Below are positions 49,904 to 60,861 of a stretch of 64,000 bases of DNA, piece by piece; the stretch's first letter is position 1, and each line of letters starts with the position of its first letter. Location: assembly GCA_963579735.1 (NCBI GenBank), contig CAUZIB010000009.1:13491-77490 (forward strand), in the 5' to 3' direction. Made by a program: the position numbers and the translations under genes. The stretch is from Vicinamibacteria bacterium (GTDB lineage Bacteria; Acidobacteriota; Vicinamibacteria; Vicinamibacterales; UBA8438). The notes below the pieces were generated by a model, which worked only from the letters and a program-made list of their open reading frames with translations, was not told where the DNA came from and did not search any database.

Positions 49904-51826
49904 CTAGAGCACGATCCGGATATTGCCCACCCGTCTCGTGACGCGCTCCCGGTCGAGATAGCCCAAAAGTGGAATCGCAAATTTTCGCGTGACACCGTAT
50001 CGCTGCTTGAATCCCGCAACATCGATCTCGACCGGCACGTCGCGGGCTTCCGTTTTCAACCCACGAACCTGGTCTTTGAGCGTCTGGAGGGCCGTTCCAT
50101 GAAACACGAGAGACTCGACCCGGACGACCGCTCCTTGTCGGACCAGCAACTTCAACATCCGATCGGCTGTGGTGGCTGGGAATCCGGCCTCTGCGGCGAC
50201 CGCCGCGAGCTCGGGGGGGGCCAAACCGCCGACCTCCAGAGAGGCGGCGAGGTGGTCGCGTACCCGCTCTTCCTCGTCCGACAGTGCGATGCGATGCGAC
50301 GCCAGCGACAGATGCTCCTGTGCAGTCAGCACGCCATCGCTGACCAGTCGCTCCACGAGCGGGTCAAAGAGGCTCGCATCCGCCAGACGACCAACGCGCT
50401 CTCTGGCTTCTTCTCGGGGAAGACCCGGTTCCAGCGGTTGGGCGGTGTGGTAGGCCGTGACCCAGCGTCTCAGCGTCTGTTGGAGCTCAGCGAGTCGTTC
50501 CGTACTGACCAGGACCGTGCCAACCGCCGCGACTCGTCCCGCCGCCACCAGCCTTCCCACGAGGGCAGATGCATCGGCAAGACTCAACCCAACTCGGGGT
50601 GCTAGCGCATCGCGGGCGAGCCCCCGACCCGCGCCGTCATCGATCATGGCGAGCACGGCTTCGTCCGGAGTCTGCCACCGGTCGAGACGACGGAGACGTG
50701 CCAGACCGGCGGCGGAGCGAAAGCGTCCTTTCCCGGGCGACGGATCGAGCACACGACCCCCAGCGATCGTTATCGGCGGCGAATAGGCGCGGAGCACGAA
50801 TCGATCGCCCCGGGTGACCACTACCGGCTGTTCGAGTCGAAGGCGAACATACGCCGTCCCGCCAGGCTCCAGGGCGGCCAGCCCCACCTGCGATCCCCCG
50901 AGCTCTCCGCCGAGCGATAGCCGTGCCATCACCTCGCTCGTGCCTGTGTGAAAGCGGACCCGGGCCGCATGCTTCAGGGGTCGAGCGCTGGCCAGCGCCG
51001 TCACGGTCGCATCGAGACGACGGGTAACAATGAACCCACCGGGCTCAACCAGGACATCGCCTCGCGTCAAATCGCCGACCTCGAGACCGGCGAGGTTGAC
51101 CGCGACTCGCTGACCCGCCCGCGCCGTGTCGCACGAGGCCCCATGCACCTGTAGTCCCCGAACTTTCGCTCGCCGACCGGTCGGCAGCACATCGAGCTCT
51201 TTCCCCGTGGTGACCTCGCCCGACACCTGGGTGCCGGTCACGACCGTACCAAACCCCTTCACGGTGAACGCCCGGTCCACAGGAATCCTGGTGGCGCCAT
51301 CGCTACTACGGCGCTCGATGGCGCCCACAACCCGCGCCAACGCCGCCTTGAGCTCGTCGAGCCCCACTCCCGTTCGAGCAGACACCGACACGACCGGGGC
51401 GTGTTCGAGAAATGACGACTCGACAAGCTCCGCGGCCTCGAGACGAACGATCTCTACAGTCTCGTCGTCAACGAGATCGCACTTTGTCAAGACAACGACA
51501 CCGGTGGTCACGCCAAGGAGCCGACAAATGTCGAAGTGTTCGCGAGTCTGGGGCATGACCGACTCGTCGGCCGCAATCACGAGCACGACACAGTCGATTC
51601 CGCTTGCCCCGGCCAACATATTTCGGACAAAACGTTCGTGACCGGGCACGTCCACGAACGCAACCTGGACTTGCCCATCTTCATAGTGCGCGAACCCAAG
51701 ATCAATCGTGATCCCGCGGGACTTCTCTTCTTGGAGACGGTCGGGGTCTGACCCCGTAAGTGCTTGTACGAGCGCGCTCTTCCCGTGGTCAATATGCCCG
51801 GCCGTGCCCACCACCAGGCTCTTCAT
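49904..51826 (-). CDS. selB: Selenocysteine-specific elongation factor
   Basis: [31 protein letters not shown] and a long C-terminal winged-helix extension (640 aa). 4-nt overlap with the rnr stop. Confidence 0.9.
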   Translation of the reverse strand: MKSLVVGTAGHIDHGKSALVQALTGSDPDRLQEEKSRGITIDLGFAHYEDGQVQVAFVDVPGHERFVRNMLAGASGIDCVVLVIAADESVMPQTREHFDICRLLGVTTGVVVLTKCDLVDDETVEIVRLEAAELVESSFLEHAPVVSVSARTGVGLDELKAALARVVGAIERRSSDGATRIPVDRAFTVKGFGTVVTGTQVSGEVTTGKELDVLPTGRRAKVRGLQVHGASCDTARAGQRVAVNLAGLEVGDLTRGDVLVEPGGFIVTRRLDATVTALASARPLKHAARVRFHTGTSEVMARLSLGGELGGSQVGLAALEPGGTAYVRLRLEQPVVVTRGDRFVLRAYSPPITIAGGRVLDPSPGKGRFRSAAGLARLRRLDRWQTPDEAVLAMIDDGAGRGLARDALAPRVGLSLADASALVGRLVAAGRVAAVGTVLVSTERLAELQQTLRRWVTAYHTAQPLEPGLPREEARERVGRLADASLFDPLVERLVSDGVLTAQEHLSLASHRIALSDEEERVRDHLAASLEVGGLAPPELAAVAAEAGFPATTADRMLKLLVRQGAVVRVESLVFHGTALQTLKDQVRGLKTEARDVPVEIDVAGFKQRYGVTRKFAIPLLGYLDRERVTRRVGNIRIVL

Positions 51827-54090
51827 CGCGCGCTAGGCCCCTTTGCGGAGCGGGGCCGACCCTTTACCCGACTCCGGGGCGAAAAGGGGAGCCGGGGGGC
51901 GGTCTCACGCACTCGCTCGAGTACCTCCGTCAACGCCAGCTCGAGTTGCCGGTGCTCTCGGTCGACCCGTACCAGCTGGACGCGGACGCGGGCGCCAAGC
52001 TTGTAGACCGTGCCAAAATTCTCGCCACGCAGCTCGTGCTGTCGCTCGACAAACCGGTAGTAATCGTCAGCCATGCTCGAGATGTGGACAAGCCCCTCGA
52101 CAAACTGTTCGATCAACTCGACAAACAGCCCAAACGCGGTCACGCCCGTCACCCAACCCGTGAATTCATCACCGACCTTGTCGGCCATGAACCGCACCTT
52201 CTTCCACTGGACGCACTCGCGCTCCGCGGCTTCGGCGCGACGTTCCATCTGCGACGTGTGATGGGCCATTTTGTCGATGGCCAGGAGCTGTTCGGGGCTG
52301 GGGCGCAGCTTCCCCGGCGGAAGGGCAGCGTGGCGCGTCTGCCGGACCGCCCGATGCACGACAAGGTCGGGATACCTTCGAATCGGAGAAGTGAAATGCG
52401 CGTAGGACGGAGTGGCCAGCCCAAAGTGGCCGAGATTGGAGGGGTCGTAGCGAGCTTGCTGCATCGTGCGAAGCATCAGAAACGCGACGGCGCGCGCTTC
52501 GGTACGGTCCCGGAGACGGTGCAGAAGTTTTTGAAAGAGCGCCGGAGTGACCTCGGCGACGGCACCCAAGCTGTAGCCGAGTGACGTGATGAAATCTTCA
52601 AACTCTTCCACCTTTTTGGGGTCGGGGGACTCGTGGACCCGAAACAGCGTGGCCACGCCGTGCTCCTCCAGATGCGTGGCGACCGTCTCATTGGCGACCA
52701 GCATAAATTCCTCGATCAGTCGGTGCGCGACATTTCGTTCGGCGGCCACAATAGCCTCCACACGACCGGCGTCATCGAGCAGAAACTTCGCGGCTGGCAA
52801 GTCAAAATCGATCGACCCGCGCCGTCGTCGGCGCCGGTTCAGCGCCTGAAACACCTCCGCCATGAGTTCGAGCATCGGGAGAAACCCGGTATGGCGGGAC
52901 GACGCGCGCTCCTCCGCCGACACGTCGTTGTCGACGGTCCGCTCTGTTTCGGGGTCGAGAATCGCGTTGACCTCCGTGTAGGTCAACCGCGCATCGCTGT
53001 GGACAACTCCGTCGTGCAGCTCGTAGCGAAGCACCGCCCCATGGCGGTCGATCTCCATCAAGCACGACTGCACGAGACGGTCCACGTGGGGGTTGAGACT
53101 GCACAACCCGGTCGCCAGCGCCTCGGGAAACATGTGCACGGCCCGCTCCGGAAAGTAGACCGATGTCCCTCGCTCCAACGCGGCGGTATCAAGTGCTCCC
53201 CCTTCCGCCACATAGTGACTCACGTCCGCAATGTGCACACCCAACCACACATTGCCGTTGGCGAGGCGTTCGACAGTGATTGCGTCGTCAAAATCTCTGG
53301 CGGTCTCGCCGTCGATCGTGACGGTGCGCCACGCACGAAAATCTTGGCGCTCTTCGAAGTCCCGCGGGTCGACGGTCACACCCACGGTCTCGGCCTCCCG
53401 AACGGCCTCGGGTGAATGGGCGTCGGGGATCCCGTGTTTGCGGATGATGAGTTGTGTGTCGACCCCAGGGCTTTCGATATCCCCGAGGACCTCGACGACG
53501 CGACCGACGGGGCTCCGGGTCGCGCTGGGCCAGCGCGTGATCTGAACCATCACCATCTCGCCCGCTTCGGCCCCGCCCGTCTCACCGCGTGGAACGTGCA
53601 CATCCATCACCATCCGCCGATCGAACGGCACGACATAGCCAAGTCCTGACTCGTCGATTTCAAACCGCCCTACGAGGGTGTCAGACGCTCGTTCGAGGAT
53701 CCGAATGATGCGACCCTCCGCCCGCCCGGGGTCCTTGCGATGTTCAACGCGGGCGACGACGCGATCGCCGTGCATCGCTTGGTTGAGATTTGCCCCAGCG
53801 ATGAAGAGGTCGCCGTCCAACCCGTCCACCGATTGGTCCGGGGTGACAAAGCCAAAGCCTCGGGGATGGACGTGGACCGCCCCGGTGACCAGCCGCATCC
53901 GTTCCGGGACGCCATACCGGTTGCCGCGAACTTTGATGAGGGCTCCGGACTCGACGAGCGCGGCGAGGCGACGACGCAGCGTGGCGCGTTGTTCTCGAGG
54001 CAATCGCAACCGCTGCAGGAGCTCGCGCACCGTCGACGGGTGGTCGACCTTGGCCCGGATCGCCGACAGAACTTGTTCAGCGCTGAGCAT
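51823..54090 (-). CDS. rnr: Ribonuclease R
   Basis: N-terminal HTH/cold-shock domains, RNB domain (DFDDA...HIADVSHYV) and a C-terminal S1 domain with a basic tail. Confidence 0.9.
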   Translation of the reverse strand: MLSAEQVLSAIRAKVDHPSTVRELLQRLRLPREQRATLRRRLAALVESGALIKVRGNRYGVPERMRLVTGAVHVHPRGFGFVTPDQSVDGLDGDLFIAGANLNQAMHGDRVVARVEHRKDPGRAEGRIIRILERASDTLVGRFEIDESGLGYVVPFDRRMVMDVHVPRGETGGAEAGEMVMVQITRWPSATRSPVGRVVEVLGDIESPGVDTQLIIRKHGIPDAHSPEAVREAETVGVTVDPRDFEERQDFRAWRTVTIDGETARDFDDAITVERLANGNVWLGVHIADVSHYVAEGGALDTAALERGTSVYFPERAVHMFPEALATGLCSLNPHVDRLVQSCLMEIDRHGAVLRYELHDGVVHSDARLTYTEVNAILDPETERTVDNDVSAEERASSRHTGFLPMLELMAEVFQALNRRRRRRGSIDFDLPAAKFLLDDAGRVEAIVAAERNVAHRLIEEFMLVANETVATHLEEHGVATLFRVHESPDPKKVEEFEDFITSLGYSLGAVAEVTPALFQKLLHRLRDRTEARAVAFLMLRTMQQARYDPSNLGHFGLATPSYAHFTSPIRRYPDLVVHRAVRQTRHAALPPGKLRPSPEQLLAIDKMAHHTSQMERRAEAAERECVQWKKVRFMADKVGDEFTGWVTGVTAFGLFVELIEQFVEGLVHISSMADDYYRFVERQHELRGENFGTVYKLGARVRVQLVRVDREHRQLELALTEVLERVRETAPRLPFSPRSRVKGRPRSAKGPSAR

Positions 54091-55456
54091 GCCCGACTAG
54101 CACCACCTGGAGATCGCCAACATTGGTGTCCGTGGGACCCGTCCGGACCAGGTCACCAAGCGTGTCAAAAAAAGCATATGAGTCGTTGTGCTCCAAATAC
54201 AAGGCCGGCGGCGCCATGCCGCGCTCTCGACTTCGCGCCAATGTTGTCCCGTCGACAATGGCGCCGGCGGCGTCAGTTGGCCCATCGACGCCATCGGTGC
54301 CGATGCTGGCCAAGACCAGCTCGTCGCCCACCTCGCCTATCATCCCGGCCAGTCCTTCGACGCACGCCAGGGCCAGCTCCTGGTTACGACCGCCACGTCC
54401 GGGGCCGCGGACTTTCACGGTGGTTTCGCCGGACGAGACGACACAGACCGATCCACGGCGTCCGCTCGCGAGCCGACGAACTCGCTCGAGAAAGGACGCG
54501 CCGACCAGACTGGCTTCACCAACCACGGGCTCGTGAACGATCTCCACCTGATAGCCCAAATCCTGTGCGGTCGCGGCCGCTGCTTTCATTGCATGGAGCC
54601 GGCTCCCGATCACCGTTGTCGTCGAACGCGCGAGCGATCGATCACCCGGCGGGGGGGTGTCGCGCCGTGCCCCAGCGACTCCCTCGACGAGCACCTGCCG
54701 GGCAGACACGGGAAACGACTCCGCCACGCCTGGTTGTTGGACGATCCGCAACGCGTCCCCGAACGTCGTGGGATCCGCCACTGTTGGGCCTGACCCGATC
54801 ACCGTCGGGTCGTCGGCGACTGGACCGACAACATCCGATATCGCCAGCGTCAGGACTGTGCCCGGCGTCGCCGCCGCAAGCCGTCCCCCCTTGATCGCAG
54901 ACAGGTGTTTCCGCACACAGTTCATGACATCAATCGGCACACCGGCACGCAGGAGGGCTTGGGTCGCCGCAATCTTATCGTCCAAAGTCAGCCCGTCAGC
55001 CGGCACGGCGAGCGCGGCCGATGCCCCGCCCGACAGTAGCACCAAGAGCAACCTGTCGCGGGTGACGGAGGTTGCGAAGTCAAGCGCGCGCCGACCCGCG
55101 ATCACACTGGCGTCGGTCGGCACAGGATGACCTACACGAAAGAAATCGAGTTGCGCGTCGGGAGACTCTCCCGCCGTCGCGGCGACGACACCGTGCGGCG
55201 ACGTCCATTGCGACGCCTCGAGAAATGCCTGGGTCATCGGCACCGCAGCCTTCCCGACGGAGATCAGCGTGAGGCGAGCATCGTTCAATGCCGGAACAAC
55301 ACGTGATTCGATAGCTGGATAGGCGTTCGATACGAGCCGCGCTCCCGAAACGCCCTCGATTCCGCGCCCAACGATCTGGGTCAGATGCTGACGGAGTTGC
55401 TGGGTAAGGATGTTCCGATGTCCCTGCGCTAGTGATGCTTCTTTGGGTCGGACCAC
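54077..55456 (-). CDS. Glycerate 2-kinase / hydroxypyruvate reductase family (DUF4147 plus MOFRL)
   Basis: LLSGGASA, SGETTVKVRG.GRGGRNQE and GTDGVDGPTDAAGA motifs. Confidence 0.8.
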   Translation of the reverse strand: MVRPKEASLAQGHRNILTQQLRQHLTQIVGRGIEGVSGARLVSNAYPAIESRVVPALNDARLTLISVGKAAVPMTQAFLEASQWTSPHGVVAATAGESPDAQLDFFRVGHPVPTDASVIAGRRALDFATSVTRDRLLLVLLSGGASAALAVPADGLTLDDKIAATQALLRAGVPIDVMNCVRKHLSAIKGGRLAAATPGTVLTLAISDVVGPVADDPTVIGSGPTVADPTTFGDALRIVQQPGVAESFPVSARQVLVEGVAGARRDTPPPGDRSLARSTTTVIGSRLHAMKAAAATAQDLGYQVEIVHEPVVGEASLVGASFLERVRRLASGRRGSVCVVSSGETTVKVRGPGRGGRNQELALACVEGLAGMIGEVGDELVLASIGTDGVDGPTDAAGAIVDGTTLARSRERGMAPPALYLEHNDSYAFFDTLGDLVRTGPTDTNVGDLQVVLVGHAQR

Positions 55457-55728
55457 GCGGAGAGGCGCGTGACGCCGTCAATCTGATGGAGGACGCGGCT
55501 GACGAGCTGTTCCCCATTCTTCCGGGCACACAACGTCTCGACCTCGGCCATGAGACGCATCAAGGCCATCTCGACGTCGCCGATCGCTTTCTCGGAGTAA
55601 TACTCGCGCTGCTGCTCGAGGCAATGCCAGTGCTTTTGTAGCTCTTCGCGATAGAAAGCAGTAAGGGGTGACGCGGAAGGCTGACTCGTGGGAGCGGTGA
55701 GTGAGCCGAGAGTGTTCCTAAGGGGCAT
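55429..55728 (-). CDS. Small hypothetical protein (99 aa)
   Basis: ATG at 55728 is preceded by GGAGG. Predicted helical; no family recognised. Confidence 0.4.
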   Translation of the reverse strand: MPLRNTLGSLTAPTSQPSASPLTAFYREELQKHWHCLEQQREYYSEKAIGDVEMALMRLMAEVETLCARKNGEQLVSRVLHQIDGVTRLSAWSDPKKHH

Positions 55729-55805
55729 CAACCTCCGAGCGACTTCTAAGTGTAACGGGGGACATCCGGGGGTGTCAATCGTGCGGACGGCGAACACGCA
55801 CGTTC

Positions 55806-57248
55806 CTACGACGACCCCAACGAAAGACGAAGCAGGTCATTGACAACTTTCGGATTCGCCCTTCCATGGCTCTCCCGCATGACCTGCCCTACCAGGAATC
55901 CGATCACTCCCGTCTTTCCCGCCCGGTAGTTGGCTACGACCTGGGGATGGGCCTCGAGCACCGACGCCACCACGCGACCAAGCGCGTCGGGGTCGTCCAT
56001 CTGCGCCAGACCCTCCGCGTCGATTGCCTGGGTCGCGGTCTCGCCGGTCGCGACCATACGTTCAAACACCTGCTTCGCGGCCGACCCGCTCACCGCGCCG
56101 CCGTCAATTTTCGCAATCAGGTCTGCCAAGGCGGGGGGACGAATCGCAAACGCAGCGATATGAACACCGGCGCTCTTTGTCGCCCGCGCGACCTCTCCCA
56201 TCACCCAGTTGCTCGCCGCCTTCGGATTGGCAGACGCCCGTGCCACTTCCTCGAAGTAGTCCGATATGGCGACGGATTGCGTCAACACGCCCGCGTCATA
56301 TTCAGGCAATCGGAACTCCTCGACAAAACGCCGGCGGCGATCGTCGGGAAGCTCTGGAAGGGCTTGCCGGACCTCGTCCACCCAAGCCTCCGACACTTCG
56401 ACCGGGGGCAGGTCGGGCTCCGGGAAATACCTGTAGTCGTGCGCATCTTCTTTGCTGCGCATCGACTCGGTCCGCCCCGACGACGAATCCCACAACCGTG
56501 TCTCCTGGATGACCTGGCCACCGCATCGAACGATGTCCACCTGGCGGGCAAACTCGTAGTCAATCGCGTCACGGAGGAACCGGAACGAGTTGATGTTCTT
56601 TACTTCGACCTTGACGCCCAACTCGACCTCACCGACCGGTCTCACCGACACATTGGCATCGCAGCGCAGGCTGCCCTCTTCCATGTTCCCGTCGTTGACC
56701 TCGACGGCCCGTAGGATCGCCCGCAGCCTGGCAAAGAAATCAGCCGCCTCAGCCCCGTAACGGAGGTCCGGATGGGTCACGATCTCGACCAGCGGTATGC
56801 CACTGCGATTGAGGTCGACATGGGTCACTCGCTCGGTGTCGGAGCCACCTGCGTGCAGCGACTTCCCCGCATCCTCCTCGAGATGGACGCGGATGATGCC
56901 TACTGCCGCCCGGTGTCCATCCGAGTCGTATTCCACCCGTCCATCAATGGCAAGTGGTTGGTCGTACTGTGAGATCTGATATCCCTTGGGGAGGTCGGGA
57001 TAGAAATAGTTCTTTCGCGCGAACACCGACAGTGGCTGCACGTCGCAATTCAACGCGAGCGCGGCGCGCACACCCAGCTCGACGGCGCGCCGATTGAGAA
57101 CAGGTAGCGCGCCGGGAAGCCCCAGGCAGACCGGACAGACGTGGGTATTGGGAGCCCCGCCAAACGCAGTGGGACACCCGCAGAAAATCTTTGTCTGAGT
57201 GAGTAATTGGGCGTGAATCTCCAGACCCACGACCGACTCGAACTCCAT
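55806..57248 (-). CDS. gatB: Asp/Glu-tRNA amidotransferase subunit B
   Basis: MEFESVVGLEIHAQL...KIFCGC N-terminus and family-typical C-terminal domain. Confidence 0.95.
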   Translation of the reverse strand: MEFESVVGLEIHAQLLTQTKIFCGCPTAFGGAPNTHVCPVCLGLPGALPVLNRRAVELGVRAALALNCDVQPLSVFARKNYFYPDLPKGYQISQYDQPLAIDGRVEYDSDGHRAAVGIIRVHLEEDAGKSLHAGGSDTERVTHVDLNRSGIPLVEIVTHPDLRYGAEAADFFARLRAILRAVEVNDGNMEEGSLRCDANVSVRPVGEVELGVKVEVKNINSFRFLRDAIDYEFARQVDIVRCGGQVIQETRLWDSSSGRTESMRSKEDAHDYRYFPEPDLPPVEVSEAWVDEVRQALPELPDDRRRRFVEEFRLPEYDAGVLTQSVAISDYFEEVARASANPKAASNWVMGEVARATKSAGVHIAAFAIRPPALADLIAKIDGGAVSGSAAKQVFERMVATGETATQAIDAEGLAQMDDPDALGRVVASVLEAHPQVVANYRAGKTGVIGFLVGQVMRESHGRANPKVVNDLLRLSLGSS

Positions 57249-57409
57249 CGCAGGCTAGCCCTTCACACGCGAGCCTGTGGGTCGTCGCTGATCCTCGTCG
57301 CCCCGTGCGGCATTGTGTATGGCCCGCCGCTCCTCTCGACTGATCGGGAGCCAGATGCGCGCCGACGACTCAGAGGTTGTTTGGTGAAGGGCCACTACGG
57401 GAAGGGCCA

Positions 57410-59005
57410 CTACGAGAAGTCCCGGGGCCCAGCCGCTGTAACCTCGGGGTCGGCATCCGCCTCAAACGCTCGAAAGTTCTCTACGAACATCGACGCCAGC
57501 TTGCGCGCCTGCCCGTCGTAGTCCTCGCCGTTCGCCCAGGTCTCGCGCGGTGTCAGCACGTTCGCCGGGACCCCGGCACAGGTGACTGGCACGTCGACGT
57601 TGAAGATCGGGTCGAGACGAAACGCGGTCTTGTCGTCATCCAATGCACCCGAGAGCGCCGCCGTGACCATCGCCCGCGTATGCGCGATCGACATCCGTTG
57701 CCCGACCCCGTGCGCCCCCCCGGTCCATCCCGTGTTGACAAGCCATACCCGACTTTTGTGCTCGGCGATTCGTTGACCGAGCAAACGCGCATAGACCGTC
57801 GGGTGCCACACCATGAATGGCGCGCCAAAGCAGGTGCTAAAGGTGGCCGTCGGGTCGGTCACGCCCTTTTCGGTACCCGCCACCTTTGCGGTGTATCCAG
57901 ACAGAAAGTGATACATCGCTCCCGCCGGACTCAAACGCGAAATCGGAGGAAGTACCCCAAACGCGTCAGCCGTCAGCATCACGATGTTTTTTGGATGTGC
58001 CCCCTGGCCTGACGGCACCCAGTTGTCGATAAACGAGATGGGATAGGCGCCACGCGAGTTTTCCGTCAGCCGGTCGTCATCGAAATCCATCGCTCGCGTA
58101 TCAGGGTCGAGCACCACGTTCTCCAGCACCGTGCCAAAACGTTGCGTCGTCCCATAAATTTGCGGCTCGGCCTCAGGGGACAGCCGGATCATCTTCGCGT
58201 AACATCCACCCTCGAAGTTAAAAATGCCCCGCTCGCTCCAGCCATGCTCGTCGTCCCCCACCAGCTGACGTGCCGGATCGCTGGACAGCGTCGTCTTTCC
58301 CGTTCCAGACAGACCGAAAAACAGCGCAGAATCACCACTGTCCCCGATATTCGCGGAGCAGTGCATCGGCAGAACGTCGCGGAGCGGTAGCAGGTAGTTC
58401 ATCACGCTAAAGATCGACTTCTTGATCTCGCCGGCATAGCTCGTGCCGCCGATGAGGACCAATCGCTTGGCGAAGTCCACGACGATAAAGACGGGCGAGT
58501 TCGTACCGTGCTGGGCAGGGTCAGCTGTCATCGACGGCATATCGATGACCGTGAACTCGGGCTGGTGGCCACCCGCCGGCGTACCGGGGGCGCTCGGTAA
58601 GAACATCGTGCGTGCAAATAGGCTATGCCACGCCTGCTCGGTAATGATCCGCACCGGAAGACGATAGGCGGGGTCGGTGCCGGCAAAGCAATCCTGGACA
58701 AAGAGCTCTTTTCCCGCAAGCGACTGCAACATCGCTCCACGCAGCAGACCGATCTGCTCCGCCTCCATCGGACGATTGACCGAGCCCCACCATACGTTGC
58801 CTTCGCTGGATGGCTCTCGAACCAAAAACTTGTCATTTGGCGAGCGGCCGGTATGCACGCCGGTCAGACACACCAGGGGGCCGCTCTCGGCTACGGTGCC
58901 TTCGTTCCGGCGGACAGCCGCCTCATAGAGCGCAGCCGTGCCCCAGTTCCAATGCACTGGCCCGGGGTCAATGATTCCATGAGTCTCAAGGTGGGACGCA
59001 GACAT
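57410..59005 (-). CDS. pckA: Phosphoenolpyruvate carboxykinase (ATP)
   Basis: GTSYAGEIKKS, FFGLSGTGKTTLS and DDEHGW motifs. Confidence 0.95.
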   Translation of the reverse strand: MSASHLETHGIIDPGPVHWNWGTAALYEAAVRRNEGTVAESGPLVCLTGVHTGRSPNDKFLVREPSSEGNVWWGSVNRPMEAEQIGLLRGAMLQSLAGKELFVQDCFAGTDPAYRLPVRIITEQAWHSLFARTMFLPSAPGTPAGGHQPEFTVIDMPSMTADPAQHGTNSPVFIVVDFAKRLVLIGGTSYAGEIKKSIFSVMNYLLPLRDVLPMHCSANIGDSGDSALFFGLSGTGKTTLSSDPARQLVGDDEHGWSERGIFNFEGGCYAKMIRLSPEAEPQIYGTTQRFGTVLENVVLDPDTRAMDFDDDRLTENSRGAYPISFIDNWVPSGQGAHPKNIVMLTADAFGVLPPISRLSPAGAMYHFLSGYTAKVAGTEKGVTDPTATFSTCFGAPFMVWHPTVYARLLGQRIAEHKSRVWLVNTGWTGGAHGVGQRMSIAHTRAMVTAALSGALDDDKTAFRLDPIFNVDVPVTCAGVPANVLTPRETWANGEDYDGQARKLASMFVENFRAFEADADPEVTAAGPRDFS

Positions 59006-59074
59006 TGTGGCTGATCGTAGAGGCGAGGCTCCGCTCAGTCAACAGAACAGAATCGTGATCGCAAAGGCGGTATC

Positions 59075-60091
59075 ATGCAGACCGTGAGCACCATCTGCAG
59101 ACACAATTCACAGGGCCGGATCGGCCGGCATATTCTCTGGCTCACAGCCACGATGTTCGGCACGGGATCGTGTGCTGGCCTGACGCCAAACATCGATCCG
59201 GGCGCGGCGGCGGAGACAACGGTCCGCGTGGAGCTCCAGACCGGGATGGTCGTGGACCTTTCGCTCGAGCGCTACGTCGCTGGGTCTGTTCTAGCAGAAG
59301 CAGACCTCCGCGGTCTCGACGACGACTCTGCCCTCCGGGTCGCAGAGACACAAGCCATCATCAGTCGGACCTATGCCCTCGCCAACCGGAACCGGCACGA
59401 CCATGAGGGCTTTTCGCTCTGCTCGACGACTCACTGCCAAGTCTATCGATCGCTGTCGACGTATCCACCGCCCGTGGCCGACCTTGGGATCCGGGCGACG
59501 TGGAACACGGCCGGGCAGATCATGACCTACGGGGGACAACCTATCAACGCCGTCTACCACGCTGACTGCGGGGGCAGGACGAGCGATGCGTCGGTCCCGT
59601 GGGGCGGCGTGACCCCGGCGTACTTGCGCGGCGGCGACGATACGCTGTGCCAGCTCGACGCTCCGACGGGTTGGCAGTTCGAGACCACCCGAGCCGAGCT
59701 ATCGCGCGCGCTGAACCTCGACGCGCGCACCGCGGTGGGTCATTCGCTGGCCGGTCTCGCCATCGCGCAACGTGACGAGGCTGGACGGGCGCTCAGCATC
59801 CTGGCCGACGGCGACGCTCCCGTCGAAATCCGCGGCGAGGTGTTCCGCGCCGTACTTGTCGCGACGTTTGGGATTCGCTCGATCAAGAGCACGCGCTTTA
59901 CGATTAACGCCCCACCCAACGAGAACGGTTCCGGCAAACCCAGCGACGTCTTTTCGTTCTCAGGACGCGGATTTGGACACGGCGTCGGACTCTGCCAACG
60001 CGGTGCCGTCGCTCGCGCCAGACGTGGTGACGAGCCCGCCGAGATACTCAGTCACTATTACCCGGGAGCCACGCCGACGCAGTATCATTAG
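59075..60091 (+). CDS. SpoIID/LytB-domain protein
   Basis: ISRTYAL...CSTTHCQVY, YHADCGGRT and GHGVGLCQ motifs. Signal or lipoprotein-like N-terminus. Confidence 0.8.
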   Translation: MQTVSTICRHNSQGRIGRHILWLTATMFGTGSCAGLTPNIDPGAAAETTVRVELQTGMVVDLSLERYVAGSVLAEADLRGLDDDSALRVAETQAIISRTYALANRNRHDHEGFSLCSTTHCQVYRSLSTYPPPVADLGIRATWNTAGQIMTYGGQPINAVYHADCGGRTSDASVPWGGVTPAYLRGGDDTLCQLDAPTGWQFETTRAELSRALNLDARTAVGHSLAGLAIAQRDEAGRALSILADGDAPVEIRGEVFRAVLVATFGIRSIKSTRFTINAPPNENGSGKPSDVFSFSGRGFGHGVGLCQRGAVARARRGDEPAEILSHYYPGATPTQYH

Positions 60092-60148
60092 AGAGCTTGA
60101 AAAGCCTGGACACCCTGGAGACGTTGGACACCCGGTGAAGAGCGACCG

Positions 60149-60175
60149 GTAAACGGATTGGCTGCCCGGGCGTAT
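60149..60175 (+). promoter_or_regulatory. ECF-type promoter (probable autoregulation of the sigma gene)
   Basis: GTAAAC (60149-60154), N16, CGTAT (60171-60175). The same GTAAACG/CGTAT pair is repeated three times at 62811-62910. Confidence 0.55.
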
Positions 60176-60190
60176 TTGCTAGAGACAAAA

Positions 60191-60859
60191 GTGACAGCCC
60201 AACTTCAGCACGGTGCCTCGCCCCGGTCACTCGCGGACTCAGAACTCGCGGGTGCGATCAAGAGCCTGCTCGCGCAAGGAAAGCACCAATGCGCCGGCAA
60301 GCGCTTCGAGGAGCTCGTCGTTCGTCATCAGCATCGAGCTACCCGGATCGCGTTTTACTATCTTCGTGAGGCCGCCGAGGTCGATGAGGTAGTTCAAGAC
60401 GCCTTCCTCAAGGCGTTCACCCATCTTTCATCGTTTCGCGAAGAGCTTCTCTTCGGACTCTGGTTCACAAAGATTCTTGTCAACGCGTGTCTGGACCGTA
60501 TCAAGTCTCGAAATCGTCGGGCCCGGTGGTTACTCCCGTCGCCCAGCGACGAATTCGACCTCATCGAACGTTGTCCATCCAGCGCTCCCTCCCCAGAAAC
60601 GTCTCTTCTGGCCGCGGAGCGCCGCACCCGACTACGCGCCGCGATCGACACGCTTCCGGACCGACAGCGAACAGTGGTCGTGCTCAGCCAGTTTGAAGGA
60701 CACTCGGCCCGTGATATCGGTTCGCTTCTTGGTCTGAACGAAACGACAGTCCGCGTACACCTGTTTCGGGCGATTCGCTCGCTTCGCAAGAAGTTGAGCG
60801 ACGCCCCGTGGCTCCTGCCGCACGAGTCCGCGGCACCCCGTCCCCAGGAGGCGAGCTAG
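60191..60859 (+). CDS. ECF (group 4) RNA polymerase sigma factor
   Basis: Region 2 (VVQDAFLKAF) and region 4 (LPDRQRTVVVLSQFEGHSARDIGSLLGLNETTVRVHLFRA). GTG at 60191 is chosen because it lies downstream of the predicted promoter; the ORF opens with TTG at 60158. Confidence 0.85.
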   Translation: MTAQLQHGASPRSLADSELAGAIKSLLAQGKHQCAGKRFEELVVRHQHRATRIAFYYLREAAEVDEVVQDAFLKAFTHLSSFREELLFGLWFTKILVNACLDRIKSRNRRARWLLPSPSDEFDLIERCPSSAPSPETSLLAAERRTRLRAAIDTLPDRQRTVVVLSQFEGHSARDIGSLLGLNETTVRVHLFRAIRSLRKKLSDAPWLLPHESAAPRPQEAS

Positions 60860-60861
60860 TG

